Positions 23,582-37,180 of a DNA stretch of 64,000 nt are shown here, piece after piece. The notes below the pieces were generated by a model that was not told the DNA's origin, made no database searches, and was given only the letters and a program-made list of their open reading frames with translations. A program made the translations under genes and the position numbers. The stretch is from Squalus acanthias. Taxonomy: Eukaryota. Position 1 is the first letter of the stretch. The number at the start of each line of letters is the position of its first letter. The stretch is taken from NCBI GenBank assembly GCA_030390025.1, contig CM059432.1, positions 78,618,001 to 78,682,000 of the forward strand. Reading direction: 5' to 3'.

Positions 23582-25097
23582 AAAGAATCACAGCAGCAAT
23601 ATCACAGATTCTTAATGTTAAATTTAGAGCTAGATTGCACCAAAAATAAATAAAGCTAGACTAGTTTCTTTAATCAATAGCTGAAGTAATTCAGTAAATT
23701 AAGTTGATCAATAAACACCTTTATGAGTTGTATATGGACAATTGCCAGCCATCAACAGCATACTGATTCTCAATTTTGGCCTGGCATAATGAATACTGAA
23801 TATAAATAAGTGGCAGACATCACTCCAAGTCATCAAAGTAGCCAAGAGCAGCCAGTGATCTCGCAAATCACTTGGGCTACTGCCCTTGGGTAGAGAAGGA
23901 AGGGTATAGATGGGAAGGGAGTAGTAACACTTTGCTCCATCTCCACTCACTGACCATGTGCAGGGGAAAAGATTTAGCGAATAGCAGAAAGTGGATTTTT
24001 TTTTAAACTTGAATAAATCCAGATTTTGTGCATATCTAATATAAGCAAATATGAATGTTGTAACTTCAGTACTGATCCAGAGCAGATTAGAACATTTATA
24101 CTAGAATAAACTTAAAACTATAGCAGTGATTTAAATAGGCTAGTAAGCCAAATATTTACCGATACAAACATCTATGTTACAATTTCAAGTCTGCTGTAGA
24201 TACATTCTCTGGTGTGCTTTTTCAATCACTCTGAAGGCAGACTGAGCAAACACATATACAGACAAGGTGAAACACAAATCATTAGGTGGATTTATTTCAC
24301 AGAACGTGAATCATACTTAATTCAATCTTCACACTTATTGTCACATAATAATACAAAATAAAGGACATGTCACACTACCCCACATCAGTCAGCCATCTTT
24401 CTTGACTTAAACAAGATGGCTTCTAACTATCCTCCAGCATTTTTAATCGCTTTGCCTCAGCAAAAACTCTAACAACTTTTTCTTTAACAAACCTGATGGC
24501 CTTCATAGCCATCCTATTTTAAGAGCCAAACTGCCTGCCCGTGTCACTATTTCTATTTTATTTCTCACTGTTCATAGCCAATAGGACCATTGATTTTCCA
24601 ACACAATGGGTGTGAGGTTAGTTACAATTACCAAGTTGAACAATTGCTTGTTAGTTACAGTCTATGAGGAAACAACATAAAAGCTAGTTCATCAGCATCT
24701 TAACTATCTATCATCTCAGATCTCTGTAATTTGTGTGAATACACCATGCCTTAAGCCACAACATTTAAAGTAACTCTTTTTAGATTGAGTTACATCGGGC
24801 TGAATTTTACTTTTGCGTGGGTTCAGGTGCGGGGGTGGGGGCGTGTAGCAGTTCACCATCACGAACAGTCCATCAGCACCGTGTGTTTAACTTAATTAGA
24901 TCACTTGACTGAGTCATGCAGGGTTCCCAGCCAATTAAATGGAGCGGGTCTGATGGCGTCACGGATGACTCGATTTCAGCTCACCTATTTAAAGGGGCAG
25001 TAGACAGATGAGAGTTGAAGGTTGTTGGAGGTGCCTGTCGGTGTTACAGCCAATAGTTTGACTTTGACAGTGAGGGTGCAATCATTTAGAGGCAACG

Positions 25098-26962
25098 ATG
25101 CAGTCTCAGCGCCAGAAAGCTGCGCTTAGGTTTTCAGATTCCTCCCTGGAAATCCTGCTCCAGGGAGTGAGACCAAGGAAGGAGGTCCTCTTCCCTGGTG
25201 ACAGCAGGAAGAGGCCAGCCAGTGAAACCAAGAGGGCATGGCTGGAGATCGCCCAAGAAGTGAGCAGCAGTGGTGTTATCAGCTGCTCCTGGATTCAATG
25301 CAGGAAGAGATTTAATGACCTCATGAGGTCAGGAAAGGTGAGTACAATACCAGATTCAATTACATCCTGATGTGCATGTCACCTCAACCCCATCACTCTG
25401 CCTTCCCAAGCCTACTCCTGCACATCACTCCTCACACCAACTACCATGCAGGGGCACCCATCCCTCACTGTCTATGCACCTACTCACGTCCCTATCTGAC
25501 GATCCACCACTGACACACACCCTCAGCCTAATGCAATCATAGAAAGTAATGCCATAGAAGGAGGCCATTTGGCAATGTCACACCATTCCCTCATAGTCAC
25601 CCTCTACAGATGTAGCCCATCCATCCCCAACACTCATTCCATCACTCTCACTCAAAGTTCTCTTCTTTCCCTCCTTGCAGGAGATGAGAGCCCAGAACAA
25701 CAGGGAGAGACTGAGAACCGGAGGTGGTCCTCCAATTTACACTACATTGATGCCAGCAGAGGAGGAGGCACTGGAATTAAGCGGTGTGGCAGAGCTACTG
25801 GCGGTGGGAGATGGAGAGAGGGGGACCTCCCAGCAACCTGGTGACAATTGAATATCATACAGCCACATGGCATACAACAGTCACTCATGGTGACTTAATG
25901 TCAGCAGCCAGTGAAATATCATGATGTACATAATGGTAAAGTTAAACATTCTTATCATAAGAGTTCTAATTCATGTCTTTACTCTCCCACAGGCCCATCA
26001 AGTGCCCCCTAAGTGTCCAGCTGGAGGAGGAAGATGACTCCTCAGAGGAAGCTGCAGTCTCTGAGGGTGCACCGTCACCAGACCCATGCGCACCCAGCAC
26101 CTGCGCAGATAGGCACACTTCGGTGGGTCCTGCGAGACATAGAGTAGTGTTGTCACCTGGTATCTCACACATCACAAGTGAGCAAGAGCAGATGGTGGAG
26201 ACAGGGACAGCAGTGGAGACTCCTCACCGGAGTGTGCAGGATGCTCCAAGCTCTGCTCAGCTGGATGCAGATGCTGAACCTCGGGGGCCGTCGACAAAGA
26301 GGTTGATCTTGGAGGAGCAGCAACAAATGTGCGAGGCTCTGGCAGCTTTTCCAGCTGCGATGTGCATGATTGTAGAGAGAATGGAGGAGTCCGTCTCCAA
26401 CATGAGCAGCACCATGTTGCAGGCGATGGCGACGATGTGCTCTTCCATGGAAAGGGCGGCCACCTGCATGGAGCAGCTAATGCACCAGTCAAACGAGAAC
26501 ATGCTTGCTGTGAACAACAGCTTGCAGACTCTTATTGAACTCATCTCTAGGAGGGATACCAACGTAGACTTGGGCATTTATCGCCCCACTGATGTGCAGC
26601 AAGATGCTCGCCAGCTCCTTGCTAGCAGAGACGTGCAGGTGGCCCATGAGAGGGATGATGGTGAGAGGGCACATGGAAGTGGGAGCTCTGCTCAAAGTGC
26701 TCCCACTTCTCCCCCATTACCTCCCCCTCAGTCAGAGCCCCACATGCTGCTTCGGATCCCGATGGCCGAGTCTGCCCCTGCACAGTTGCTGGAGGAGCAG
26801 TCTTTGGCGGGTCCCTCACAGGCTCCAAAACCCAGAGGACGTCCACCAAAAGTGTCAAAGCAGTCACAGCAGGGAAGTGGGCACCCTGCCTCTACCTCTG
26901 CTGAAGCCACAGAGGGTGCACCTCATAGAAGCATTTGGAAAAGAAAAAGGACACAATCGTAG
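25098..26962 (+). pseudogene. Nearly intact Myb/SANT-like gene, exons 25098-25337, 25681-25840, 25993-26962; single apparent 1-nt frameshift in C-run ~26005-26009
   Basis: Exons 1 and 2 are open with canonical splice sites. The spliced frame hits TAA right after the C5 run, while the long ORF 25973-26962 is open in the adjacent frame. Confidence 0.8.
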
Positions 26963-27259
26963 ATGCACAAGGGTATGCACATGGGTGTTTGCCAAAATGT
27001 TAGTATTAAGTTTCAGTTCTATTTATGACGCACATAAATTTCTTTCTTTCGACCACTTTCCCGTATTGTCCATTTTTGCCTGCTACCTGGCCTTGTCATT
27101 TGGAGTGAATGGTGAGACATTACTTAACCTCGAGCAATGGGTGTGTGTGTGTGGCAGGAATGGTTTGGTCATTTTGGGACTGCTTTGTGGTGTTGGTGGC
27201 GGGGGGGCGGGGGATGGGGGGGAGTTGGTACAGCATTTGGGAGTCACTGGTGCAACTTA

Positions 27260-28480
27260 ACTAAATCGTGCCATTATGGGGCTATCCCGGTTCTCCCGGG
27301 CAGCAATGTGCACCGCTGCTGGTGCCATGTCCATCTTATGTTCCTCCTCCTCCTCCTCCTCCTCCTTGTCCTCCTCCTCGTGTTCCACCTGCTCCTTCTA
27401 CTCCTCTGAAGAGGCTGTTCGCTCTGCACCTTGCTCCTCCTGCAGCTCCAATCCTCACTGCTGCGCTATGTTGTGCAGCGTGCAGCATATGATGATCATT
27501 CTGGAGACCCTGGCTGGTGCATACTGAAGGGCTCCTCAAGATCTGTCAAAGCATCTTCAGCATGCCGATTTCTTGCTCTATGACACATCTGGTTGTCATG
27601 TGGCTTTCATTTTAGCGTTCCTCAGCCTCATTGCTTGGCCTCTTCAAGGGTGTCATCAGCCACGACTTCAGTGGATAGCCCTTGTCTCAAGCAACCAGCC
27701 GGTAAGTCTGGTTGGATGTCTGAAGAGCTGAGGGAGGGTGGACTGGCACAGGATGAAAGAGTCATGACAGCTGCCAGGGAATCTGGCGCACACATGCATG
27801 ATGATTTATTTTGTGGTTGCAGAGGAGCTGCACATTGAGGGAGTGGATACCCTTCCAGTTCACGAACACTCCTGGGTGATCTGGGGGTGCCTTGATGGCC
27901 ATATGTGCGCAGTCGATGACGCCCTGCACCTGTGGGAAGCCAGCCAGAGCCGCAAAGCCACACACCATTCAGTCGCACTGCCTTCATCAGTGGCAAAGTG
28001 CACATAAGTGCCTGACTTGTGAAATATGGCATCGGTCACCTGGGTGATGCATTTGTGGGTGGCCGACTGCGAGATCCTTCGAATACCTGCTGCAGATTCC
28101 TGGAGGAGTCTGAGGTGAAGAAGTTGAGGGCGGTGGTGACTTTGACAGCCATTGGTAAGACATGTCCACCAGGTCCACTCGGCAGCAGGTCTTCTTCCAG
28201 TATGCTACAAATGTCTGCCGCGATCTGGCGCAATAGCTTGAGACTCCTGAAGCACTGCTGCTCAGTCATGTCCAGGAAGCTCATCCTCTGCCTGGATACC
28301 CTGTGTTGGGGGTATCGCCTCTGGCGAGGTGCACCCCTGTGCTGATCCCCTCTCTCCTGTGAAGCATCAGGTCAGTGAGGAGAAGACTGCTGCTGCTCCT
28401 GCTGGTGTTGCTTGTGTTGTTGGTGCTGGGGCTCATCTTGGTCCAAATCTGAGGTCCATGTGAAACAGCATAAGCGGCAC
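27260..28480 (-). pseudogene. Harbinger transposase remnant (copy C)
   Basis: [43 protein letters not shown]; many frameshifts; acidic C-terminal tract. Confidence 0.85.
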
Positions 28481-28819
28481 CCTTGCTGATCTGATAGATG
28501 CCAGGTAAAGTGGAGATCAGAAGCACAATCCTCCAATGTAGTGAGAGTGACTTGCAACGTGGTGAGAGTGGCTTCCAAGGTTGCAGAAATCACCTGCAAA
28601 CTCCTGAAATCAAAATCTCTGCACCAAAATGTTGTCAGCAAGAGCCTTTCCTTTAAGCATGTATAAGGTGTGAGTATTTATGTGCTTTTTCCAGCTGTCA
28701 CTTAATGAACTCGCACAATGGCCACTGAGCTCTCGCCTTGCCTTCACAGGTGAGCTTCAGGAAGTCCGTGAATCCCGTACACAAGCAGTAAAAGCTGAAA
28801 CGTTAAAAAGCCTCTTATA

Positions 28820-29195
28820 TTACCCTTGTCTACCGTTTCTGTTACTTCCCCAAAGTATTCAATAAGGTTCCCTTTTAAAATCCATGTTGTTTATTCTATT
28901 ATATTTTTGGTCTCTAAATGTTTTTCTATTACATTTTTGAGTAAAGAATCCATTATCTTCCCTACCACCGACGTTAAGCTAACTGGTCTATAGTTCCCTA
29001 GATTTGTTCTATCTCCCTTTTAAAATATAGGAATAACATTAGCGGTCCTCCAGTCTTTTGGCACTATTCCCTTTTCTAATAAGTTTTTATATATAAGTAA
29101 TAGTGGCTCTGCTATCTCTTCCCTAACTTCTTTTAATATGTGTAGATGCAATCCATCTGGACCAGGGACTTTATCCTCTCTAAGTTTGATTAATT
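28820..29195 (-). mobile_element. CR1 RT fragment
   Basis: Minus strand encodes a GNYRPVSLTSVVGKIM-like motif. Confidence 0.8.
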
Positions 29196-29934
29196 AGTCT
29201 TTCTGTGGAAAAATGCTCAAAAGATCCCAAAACATGACAATCCTTTAACAAGATCATGTCAAATTGGTTATAGCAAAGCTTTTTAATTATACAATTAGTT
29301 TGATTTGACAGAGACTAGAAACTGCAAGAGGCTTAAAATAAATGAGCAGAAACAAGCTAGGAACACAAAACAGATGAACGAAAACCACAAAAGAAATTTA
29401 AACTATCCTAGCCGACTTTACAAATCTCTTTAAATGGCTGCTGAATGGAGAAGAATTCACTCACTTTTTCTTGGAAGGTTATACTTCTTTGGGAATACGG
29501 CCCTGTACATGCATACAGTATGATGAAATCACACACATTTTGTAGCAAAATGCATACATCATGCCTCAATGCAGAAAATCTCAAATTGTGGGGTCTATCC
29601 AACTAGTGAGGTGAGAGCCTGTCTAGGTGGGCACAGCAGGGGTTTGTCAATGTTAAACCTATTCTCTTGTCCCATTCAGACATCATTATGACTAGAGCAG
29701 CTTGCATTTGGTCTCTGGTGGCTTTTTTTTGGTAACTAGTCTATTTCCATCAAGCTTTTGAGCTTTAATTATAACTGGAATTGACTCTGAATGACAGATA
29801 AGGTATTAAAGGTTGTGATTTTAGTCAACAAATGGTGACTAGATTCATTTCCCTCTATATTGGCAAATACAAAAATTGGAAAAGTTAGTTAGTGACATCA
29901 ATAAAAATTATTTTAATTATGGATTGAATAAAGG

Positions 29935-30230
29935 GATTCTCAGACTAGGGGGCATAGTCTAAAAATTAGAGCCAGCTCTTTCAGGAGTGAAATTAGGAAA
30001 CACTTCTGCACACAAAGGATGGTAGAAGTTTGGAACGCTCTTCCGCAAACGGCAATTGATGCTAGATCAATTGTTAATTTTAAATCGGAGATTGATAGCT
30101 TTTTGTTAACCAAAGGTATTAAGGGATATGGGCCAAAGGCGGGTATATGGAGTTAGATCGCAGATCAGCCATGGTCTCATTGAATGGCGGAACAGGCTCA
30201 AGGGGCTGTTTCTATGTTCCTATGTTCCTA
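29935..30230 (+). mobile_element. CR1 3' end with (CTATGTTC)n tail
   Basis: TRGHSLKIR...HFCTQRMVEVWNALP-like frame; tail tctatgttcctatgttccta. Confidence 0.85.
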
Positions 30231-30629
30231 AAGTAGACAAACTAACTGTCCAAAACCTTTGGTCACAATATCTGACAAATAAATTCTTGTTTTCTGAACT
30301 TCATTTCTGTTTGTCTTTTCTTAATTTAGGCAATTGAAAAAAGTTGTCGTGAAGAATTAATCTTATGCTGACTTTATCCTAACGTAATAGAGATTTGGAA
30401 GAAAAGGAATACACATAAATTTACATTATTTCCAATAATGAAGCATAATAACTGAATACATAAATTTACTTAATTTGTGGAAATGATTCTAAGTATAGGG
30501 TGTATTGAGCGGGTGATTTTGTGAAACCTGATTTCATTAGTGGAAATGACAGAACATGGCACATGTAGTAATGTTCCGTTCACATTTCTAAAGTAGCTAA
30601 ATAAATAGACACTTAACCTGAATAACTGA

Positions 30630-31980
30630 GTTTGGGAATACAACAGCAGCATTTTGTGCAGTCAGTTACCACCATGCACACAACATTGAAAGGTGATCTC
30701 CATAGTGTGGGGACTCCAACAGCTAGATGTGCACTGTTGTCTCCCACGAGTGATGTTATGGAGCATCAGTTGTCTATATGTAGCCTATCATTGACACATG
30801 CAACACCAGTGGCACCTACAGTGGAGTCCTCAGTTTCACTGGTCATGAGCACTGTAACAGCATCTCTCATGAATGCTCCCACTGCTGCTGTGCAGATATT
30901 GGGAATCCAAACTCCAAGTCAAGGCCAGCTCCACTCACTTGATGAGGAGAAGTTTAGGCAATCATGATGCAGAAATTTTTGAAACCTCACAGATGCACAT
31001 GTTCTATGCTCACACAAATCAGTGGGCATCACGAGGAGATGCCCTCAAGTAGTGAAAGCCATGTTTCAGTGATATTTCTGTGCCATCACACAGACAAATT
31101 GTTGTTGTTGTTGTGTCAGTAGGTGCCTTCTACAAAGGTACTGAGTCCACAGCGACTACCGCTACAGAGACCAGAAATTGCAGGTGCATTCCGATTAATC
31201 ACAAATTGAGGTAGAGGGCCTTCAATTTCCCCTGACCTCACCAATTAGCAATGCAGCCATCCACCATTGCTATTCCTCTAACTAGGTGAGCATTCATAGT
31301 AGGGCAAATCTACAACCTCAGTTGGAAGTACACAACGCACAAAGGGCATATGTAACAGCCAAGCATATTAACCATGTACAAATTCACACCGCACAACCAA
31401 ATAATATACCTGGCTGGTTGTCACTTGCCCCTGTGCAGAATTAAAATCTTCAGATGCCCAAAATGTAAATGAGCAAAGTGACTGACTCCTGAACTGTCCG
31501 CTGTAGGTGTTTGGAATGTCCCTGTGGCACACGAGATGAGGACAGTGTTGATTTTCACCACCACTGGTGATCCATGGAGATGGCCGACAGCCCCTCCCGG
31601 TTTTCATGGACCAGAGGGTACACCTCATTCACAACCTCCCTCTTTATACACTACCCCACTAAAGTGCTTAGTTAGTTGACTTTGTTGTGGTAGGCCCATT
31701 GCCTCGTACAATACCTGTGACTTGTGTGTCTTCCTTGCGCTCCGCATTCCCAGATCACGGTCTTCTCTTGTGCCACTGCAATATGCAATTTCCAGTTTTA
31801 ATAATTGTGCATTATAAATAGGAGTTCTTAAAAAATAAACAAGTTTTCATTGACAGGACACAAGAAGAGTGGCAGCAAATAACCACATGGATCAATTCTG
31901 GTGCATGACTACAAGGACCATTGAGGAGGTCTGCATAAAGCTCCATGACTTGAAAAAGACAACTAAAGAAAGAAAATCAG
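30630..31980. mobile_element. Highly degenerate Harbinger-related remnants including a Myb/SANT fragment at ~31852-31978 (+)
   Basis: RTQEEWQQITTWINSG / MTTRTIEEVCIKLHDLKKTTKERK across one frameshift; remainder only weakly similar. Confidence 0.45.
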
Positions 31981-34900
31981 CCTGTCTTCATTTTGAAATT
32001 AAGGACTTTTTCTAGAAAAATAAAATAATTCTAGGACCAGCTGTTTATTGGTACTTTAGTGGAATCTAAATTTATTTAAATAAAAATTCTCTAAGTTAAG
32101 AAATCAACATGTTTAATAATTATTGAGAAGCAACGAGACCAAATTCAGCAAGTACAAACTATTAAGTTCTTGGTTTGCATAAACCATTAAATAAACATTC
32201 TGTGAAATATATATATTTAAAACAAAAGAGTACCCTCTACAGGGCTATTTCTACAATTTATGGCTTAATGAGCAGTAATTGGCCAGCACAAAGTTGAAGA
32301 ACTACCTCCTTTTACCCCTCCCTTTACTTCATCTTTCGTGAAGACTCGTGGGGTACAGCTCCCATGGGTCGTGATAGCCCTTCAGTGCCTCACCCAAATG
32401 GCCTCTATCCATGTTTGAATATAGATAGGAGGCCATCACAGCCAGATCCAGTCTTAGCCTCACCCACAGTCAAACATACACAGTTTCAGGAGGGGTCACT
32501 AGAAAGCAATTCATAGTCTAGGGATGTTTTGGCCATATTATAGCACAGCTGTGATTGGCACAGACCAGCGATTAAACCTGGGATCTTCCGGGTTGATATA
32601 CCCCACAACAGAGGGAAATCATCATCTGGAAACAGCAAGGATCTGATCCCTGCTGAATCAATGCAGCTGACAACATCCATAGCGAACATCACTGGCATGC
32701 ACACAAGTATCCCTTCAACCTGAAAGACTGAGTACTCTGAGGCTCTAGTGAGATCACAGGCTACGTAAGATATCTCCTAATAGGAGTTCTTAAATCAAAA
32801 ATACTAAAAAAGGAAAATACTTTGCGTTGAAATTATCTACTTGTAGAATATTCCTTTTAAATTATAAGCTACCTTCATCTTATAACTTTTCTTATAAATT
32901 CAGTGAGGCGTAAAATGACATCTATTAGGAGGGTTGACGCCAGTAGAATAAAGAAACAGCACACAGATATAGACAGAAGATTCAATTCTCTGTCTAATCA
33001 ACATTCTGGAAAAGCAAATTCCACCTGCATTCTCTGAACCTAGAAATAATCCATATATGGTAATACCTGTTACTAACCTCATTAAAAGTTAATTGAAGAA
33101 TGGTCTGGAGACCCAGGGAAAGGAGGATAAGAGCAACTTGCTTACTTTAGCAAGTTGGGGAATTGATAACGGGATGATTGAAGGTTGAGTCAGCTTCACC
33201 TATATCAATGTATCATGCGCATTGTAGCTCAGAAATGTAAAGTTTCATGTGAACAAGGCCTAATCAGGTTATGCTAGGCACAAAAGGGCATTTTGTTAAG
33301 AAACTTGTAAGCAACTCGACATATATTGGAATATTGTAACAGGAATTTTGATTTGAGCCAGGTAGGTTGAGCTCATGAATTGCAACTGCAAAGACATGGT
33401 GCGCAAAATTCGGATCCGTAGCACATGTTTTTTGTGCTCTACGAGTGCACGTAGAGGTCCAAAATGGCGTCGGTGGCACGCGTGCACACTTCTGGTGCGA
33501 ATTGCACTGGACGCCATATCGGAGAGGGCATTAGCACGCGTGAAGTGACCGTATGTCGGAAGTATGCAGAGCAGGCAGATCATGAGGACAATCAGCATGT
33601 AACACTGATATGACGCCAGCGCTGCCATTTTGGAGCTCAACGCTCCAGCTAACGTCCTCTGTTAAACTTGCACAGCTGAACACACGTTCAGCAGCAGGAA
33701 GGACCCCCACCAGCACTATTTAAAGGGATCATCAACTACTTACAGGTTATAGAATCATAGAATCATAGAAATTTATGGCGCAGAAGGAGGCCATTTGGCC
33801 CATCGTGTCTGTGCCGGCCGTAAAAGAGCTATCCAGCCTAATTCTACTTTCCAGCTCTTGGTCCGTAGCCCTGTAGGTTACGGCACTTTAAGTGCATATC
33901 CAAGTACTTTTTAAATGTGATGAGGGTTTCTGACTCTACCACCCTTTCAGGCAGTGAGTCCCAGACCCCCACCACACTCTGGGTGAAAAAGGTTCTCCTC
34001 AATCCTCTCTAATTCTTCTGCCAATTACTTTAAATCTATGCCCCCAGGTTATTGACCTCTCTGCTAAGGGAAATAGATCCTTCCTATCCACTCTATCTAG
34101 GCCCCTCACAATTTTATTCACCTCAATTAAGTCTCCCCTCAGCCTCCTCTGTTCCAAAGAAAACAACCCCAGCCTATCCAATCTTTCCTCATAGCTAAAA
34201 TTCTCCAGACCTGGCAACATCCTCGTAAATCTCCTCTGTACCCTCTCTAGTGTAATCATATCTTTCCTGTAATGTGGTGACCAGAACTGCATGCAGTACT
34301 CTAGCTGTGGCCTAACTAGTGTTTTATACAGTTCAAGCATAACCTTCCTGCTCTTATATTCTATGCCTTGGCTAATAAAGGAAAGTATACCGTATGCCTT
34401 CTTAACCACCTTATCTACCTGTCCTGCTACATTCAGGGATCTATGGACATGCACTCCAAGGTCCCTCTATTCCTCTACACTTCTTCGTATCCTAGTATAC
34501 ATTTATTGTGTATTCCCTTGCCTTGTTAGCCCTCCCCAAATGCATTACCTCACACTTCTCCGGATTGAATTCCATTTGCCACTTTTCTGCCCACCTGACC
34601 AGTCCATTGATATCTTCCTGCAGTCTACAGCTTTCTTCCTCACTATCAACCACACGGCCAATTTTTGTATCATCTGCAAACTTCTTAATCATGCCCCCTA
34701 CGTTGAAGTCTAAATCATTGATATATACCACAAAAAGCAGGGGACCCAGTACTGAGCCCTGCGGAACCCCACTGGAAACACCCTTCTGGTCACAAAAACA
34801 CCTGTCAATCATTACCTTTTGCTTCCTGCCACTGAGCCAATTTTGGATCCAACTTGCCACTTTCCCTTGGATCCCATGGGCTTTTACTTTTCTGTCCAGC

Positions 34901-37117
34901 CTGCCATGTGAGACCGTGTCAAAAGCCTTGCTAAAATCCATGTAGACTACATCAAACGCACTACCCTCATCGACCCTCCTTGTTACCTCCTCAAAAAACT
35001 CAATCAAGTTAGTCAGACACGACCTTTCCTTAACAAATCCATGCTGACCGTCGTTGATTAATTGGTGCCTTTCTAAATGACGATTAATTTTTTCCAATAA
35101 TTTGCTCACCACCGAGGTTAGACTGACTGGCCTATAATTACTCGGTCTAGCCCTTTCTCCCTTTTTAAACAATGGTACAGCATTAGCAGTCCTTCAGTCC
35201 TCTGGCACCATACCTGTAGCCAGCGAGGATTGGAAAATGATTGTCGGAGCCTCTGCTATTTCCTCCCTTGCTTCTCTTAACAGCCTGGGATACATTTCAT
35301 CCGGGCCTGGTGATTTATCTACTTCAAAAGATGCTAAATCCCTTAATATTTCCTCTCTCACTATGTTTATCTCATCTAATATTTCACATTCCTCCTCCTT
35401 AACTACAATGTCTGTATCGTCCCTCTCTTCTCTGAAGACAGACGCAAAGTATTCATTAAGCTGAGAGGTGATTTAGCCAAAGTGGACTGGAGACAGAAAC
35501 TTGAAGGAAAATCAGTGTCAGAGCAGTGGGAGGCATTCAAGGAGGAGATAGTGAGGGTTCAGAGCAATATGTTCCCTTAAAGAAAAAGGGTGGGACTAAC
35601 AAATCTAGAGCTCCCTGGATGTCAAGGAGCATACAGGGTAGGATAAAGAAAAAAAGGGAAGCTTATGACAGATACCGAGGACGCAATATTGCAGAAAGCC
35701 GAGAGGAGTATAGAAAGTGCAGGGGTGAAATTAAAAAGGAAATTAGGAAAGCAAAGAGAGGGCATGAAAAAATATTGGCAGGTAAAATCAAGGAAAACCC
35801 AAATATGTTTTATAAATACATTAAGAGCAAGAGGCTAACTAAAGTAGGAGTAGGGCCTATTAGGGACCATAAAGGTAACCTGTGTGTGGAAGCGGAAGAC
35901 ATGGGTATGGTTCTTAATGAGTGCTTTGCGTCTGTTTTCACAAAAGAGAGGGACGATACAGACATTGCAATCAGGGAGGAGGAGTGTGAAATATTAGATG
36001 AAATAAACATAGTGAAAGAGGAAGTATTAAGGGGTTTAGCATCTTTGAAAGTGGATAAATCCCCAGGCCCGGATGAACTGTTAAGAGAAGTAAGAGAGGA
36101 AATAGCAGAGGCTCTGACCATCATTTTCCAATCCTCTCTGGCTACAGGTGTGGTGCCAGAGGACTGGAGGACTGCTAACATGGTACCGTTGTTTAAAAAG
36201 GGAGAAAGGGATAGACCGAGTAATTGCAGGCCAGTCAGCCTAACCTCGGTGGTGGGAAAATTATTGGAAAAAATTCTGAGGGACAGGATAAATCTTCATT
36301 TGAAAGACACGGATTAATCAGGGACAGTCAGCATGGATTTGTTAAGGGAAGGTCATGTCTGACTAACTTGATTGAATTTTTTGAGGAGGTAACAAGGAGG
36401 GTCGATGAGGGTAGTGCGTTTGATGTAGTCTATATGGATTTTAGCAAGGCTTTTGATAAGGTCCCGCATGGCAGACTAGTCACGAAAGTAAAAGCCCATG
36501 GGATCCAAGGGAAAGTGGCAAGTTGGATCCAAAATTGGCTCAGAGGCAGGAAGCAAAGGGTAATGGTCGAAGGGTGTTTTTGAGACTGGAAGGCTGTTTC
36601 CAGTGGGGTTTTGCATGGCTCAGTACTGAGTCCCTTGCTTTTTGTGGTATATATCAATGGTTTGGACTTGAATGAAGGAAGTATGATTAAGAAGTTTGCA
36701 GATGATACAAAAATTGGCCGTGTGGTTGATAATGAAGAAGAAAGCTGCAGACTGCAGGAAGATATCAATGGACTGGTCAGCTGGGCAGAACAGTGGCAAA
36801 TGGAATTCAATCTGGAGACGTGTGAGGTAATGCATTTGGGGAAGGCTAACAAGGCAAGGGAATACACAATAAATGATAGGATACTGAGAAGTGCAGAAGA
36901 TCAGAGGGACCTTGGAGTGCATGTCCATAGATCCCTAAAGATAGCAGGACAGGCAGACAAGGTGGTTAAGAAGGCATATGGGATACTTGCCTTTATTAGC
37001 TGAGGCATAGAATATAAGAGCAGTGAGGTTATGCTTGAACTGTATAAAACACTAATAACAACAGAAAATCCTGGAAAAACTCAGCAGGCCAGGCAGCATC
37101 CGTGGAGAGAGAAACAG

Positions 37118-37154
37118 AGTTAACGTTTCAGGTCGAAGACCTTTCGTCAGAACT
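37118..37154 (-). ncRNA. Minimal hammerhead ribozyme motif
   Basis: Reverse complement agtt-CTGACGA-a-aggtc-ttc-gacct-GAAA-cgtt-aact; variation versus other copies only at the variable core position and loop II. Confidence 0.72.
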
Positions 37155-37180
37155 GGAAAAAAGCAGGATTCCCCTCTACT

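Larger units (their letters stand above)
24797..28820. mobile_element. Harbinger copy C (Myb-like +, transposase -); right TIR not found
   Basis: Left end GGGCTGAATTTTAC; convergent Myb and transposase genes; right side abuts a CR1 fragment. Confidence 0.85.

Noticed and set aside
29408..29602. Short open frames on both strands with a GTGAGT donor on the minus strand
   Set aside because: Weak acceptor, no recognisable protein, length compatible with chance
34291..36867. ORFs such as MYSLALLALPKCITSHFS (34508-34945 +, 36430-36867 -)
   Set aside because: Antisense frames of the CR1 reverse transcriptase, duplicated because two CR1 copies are inverted
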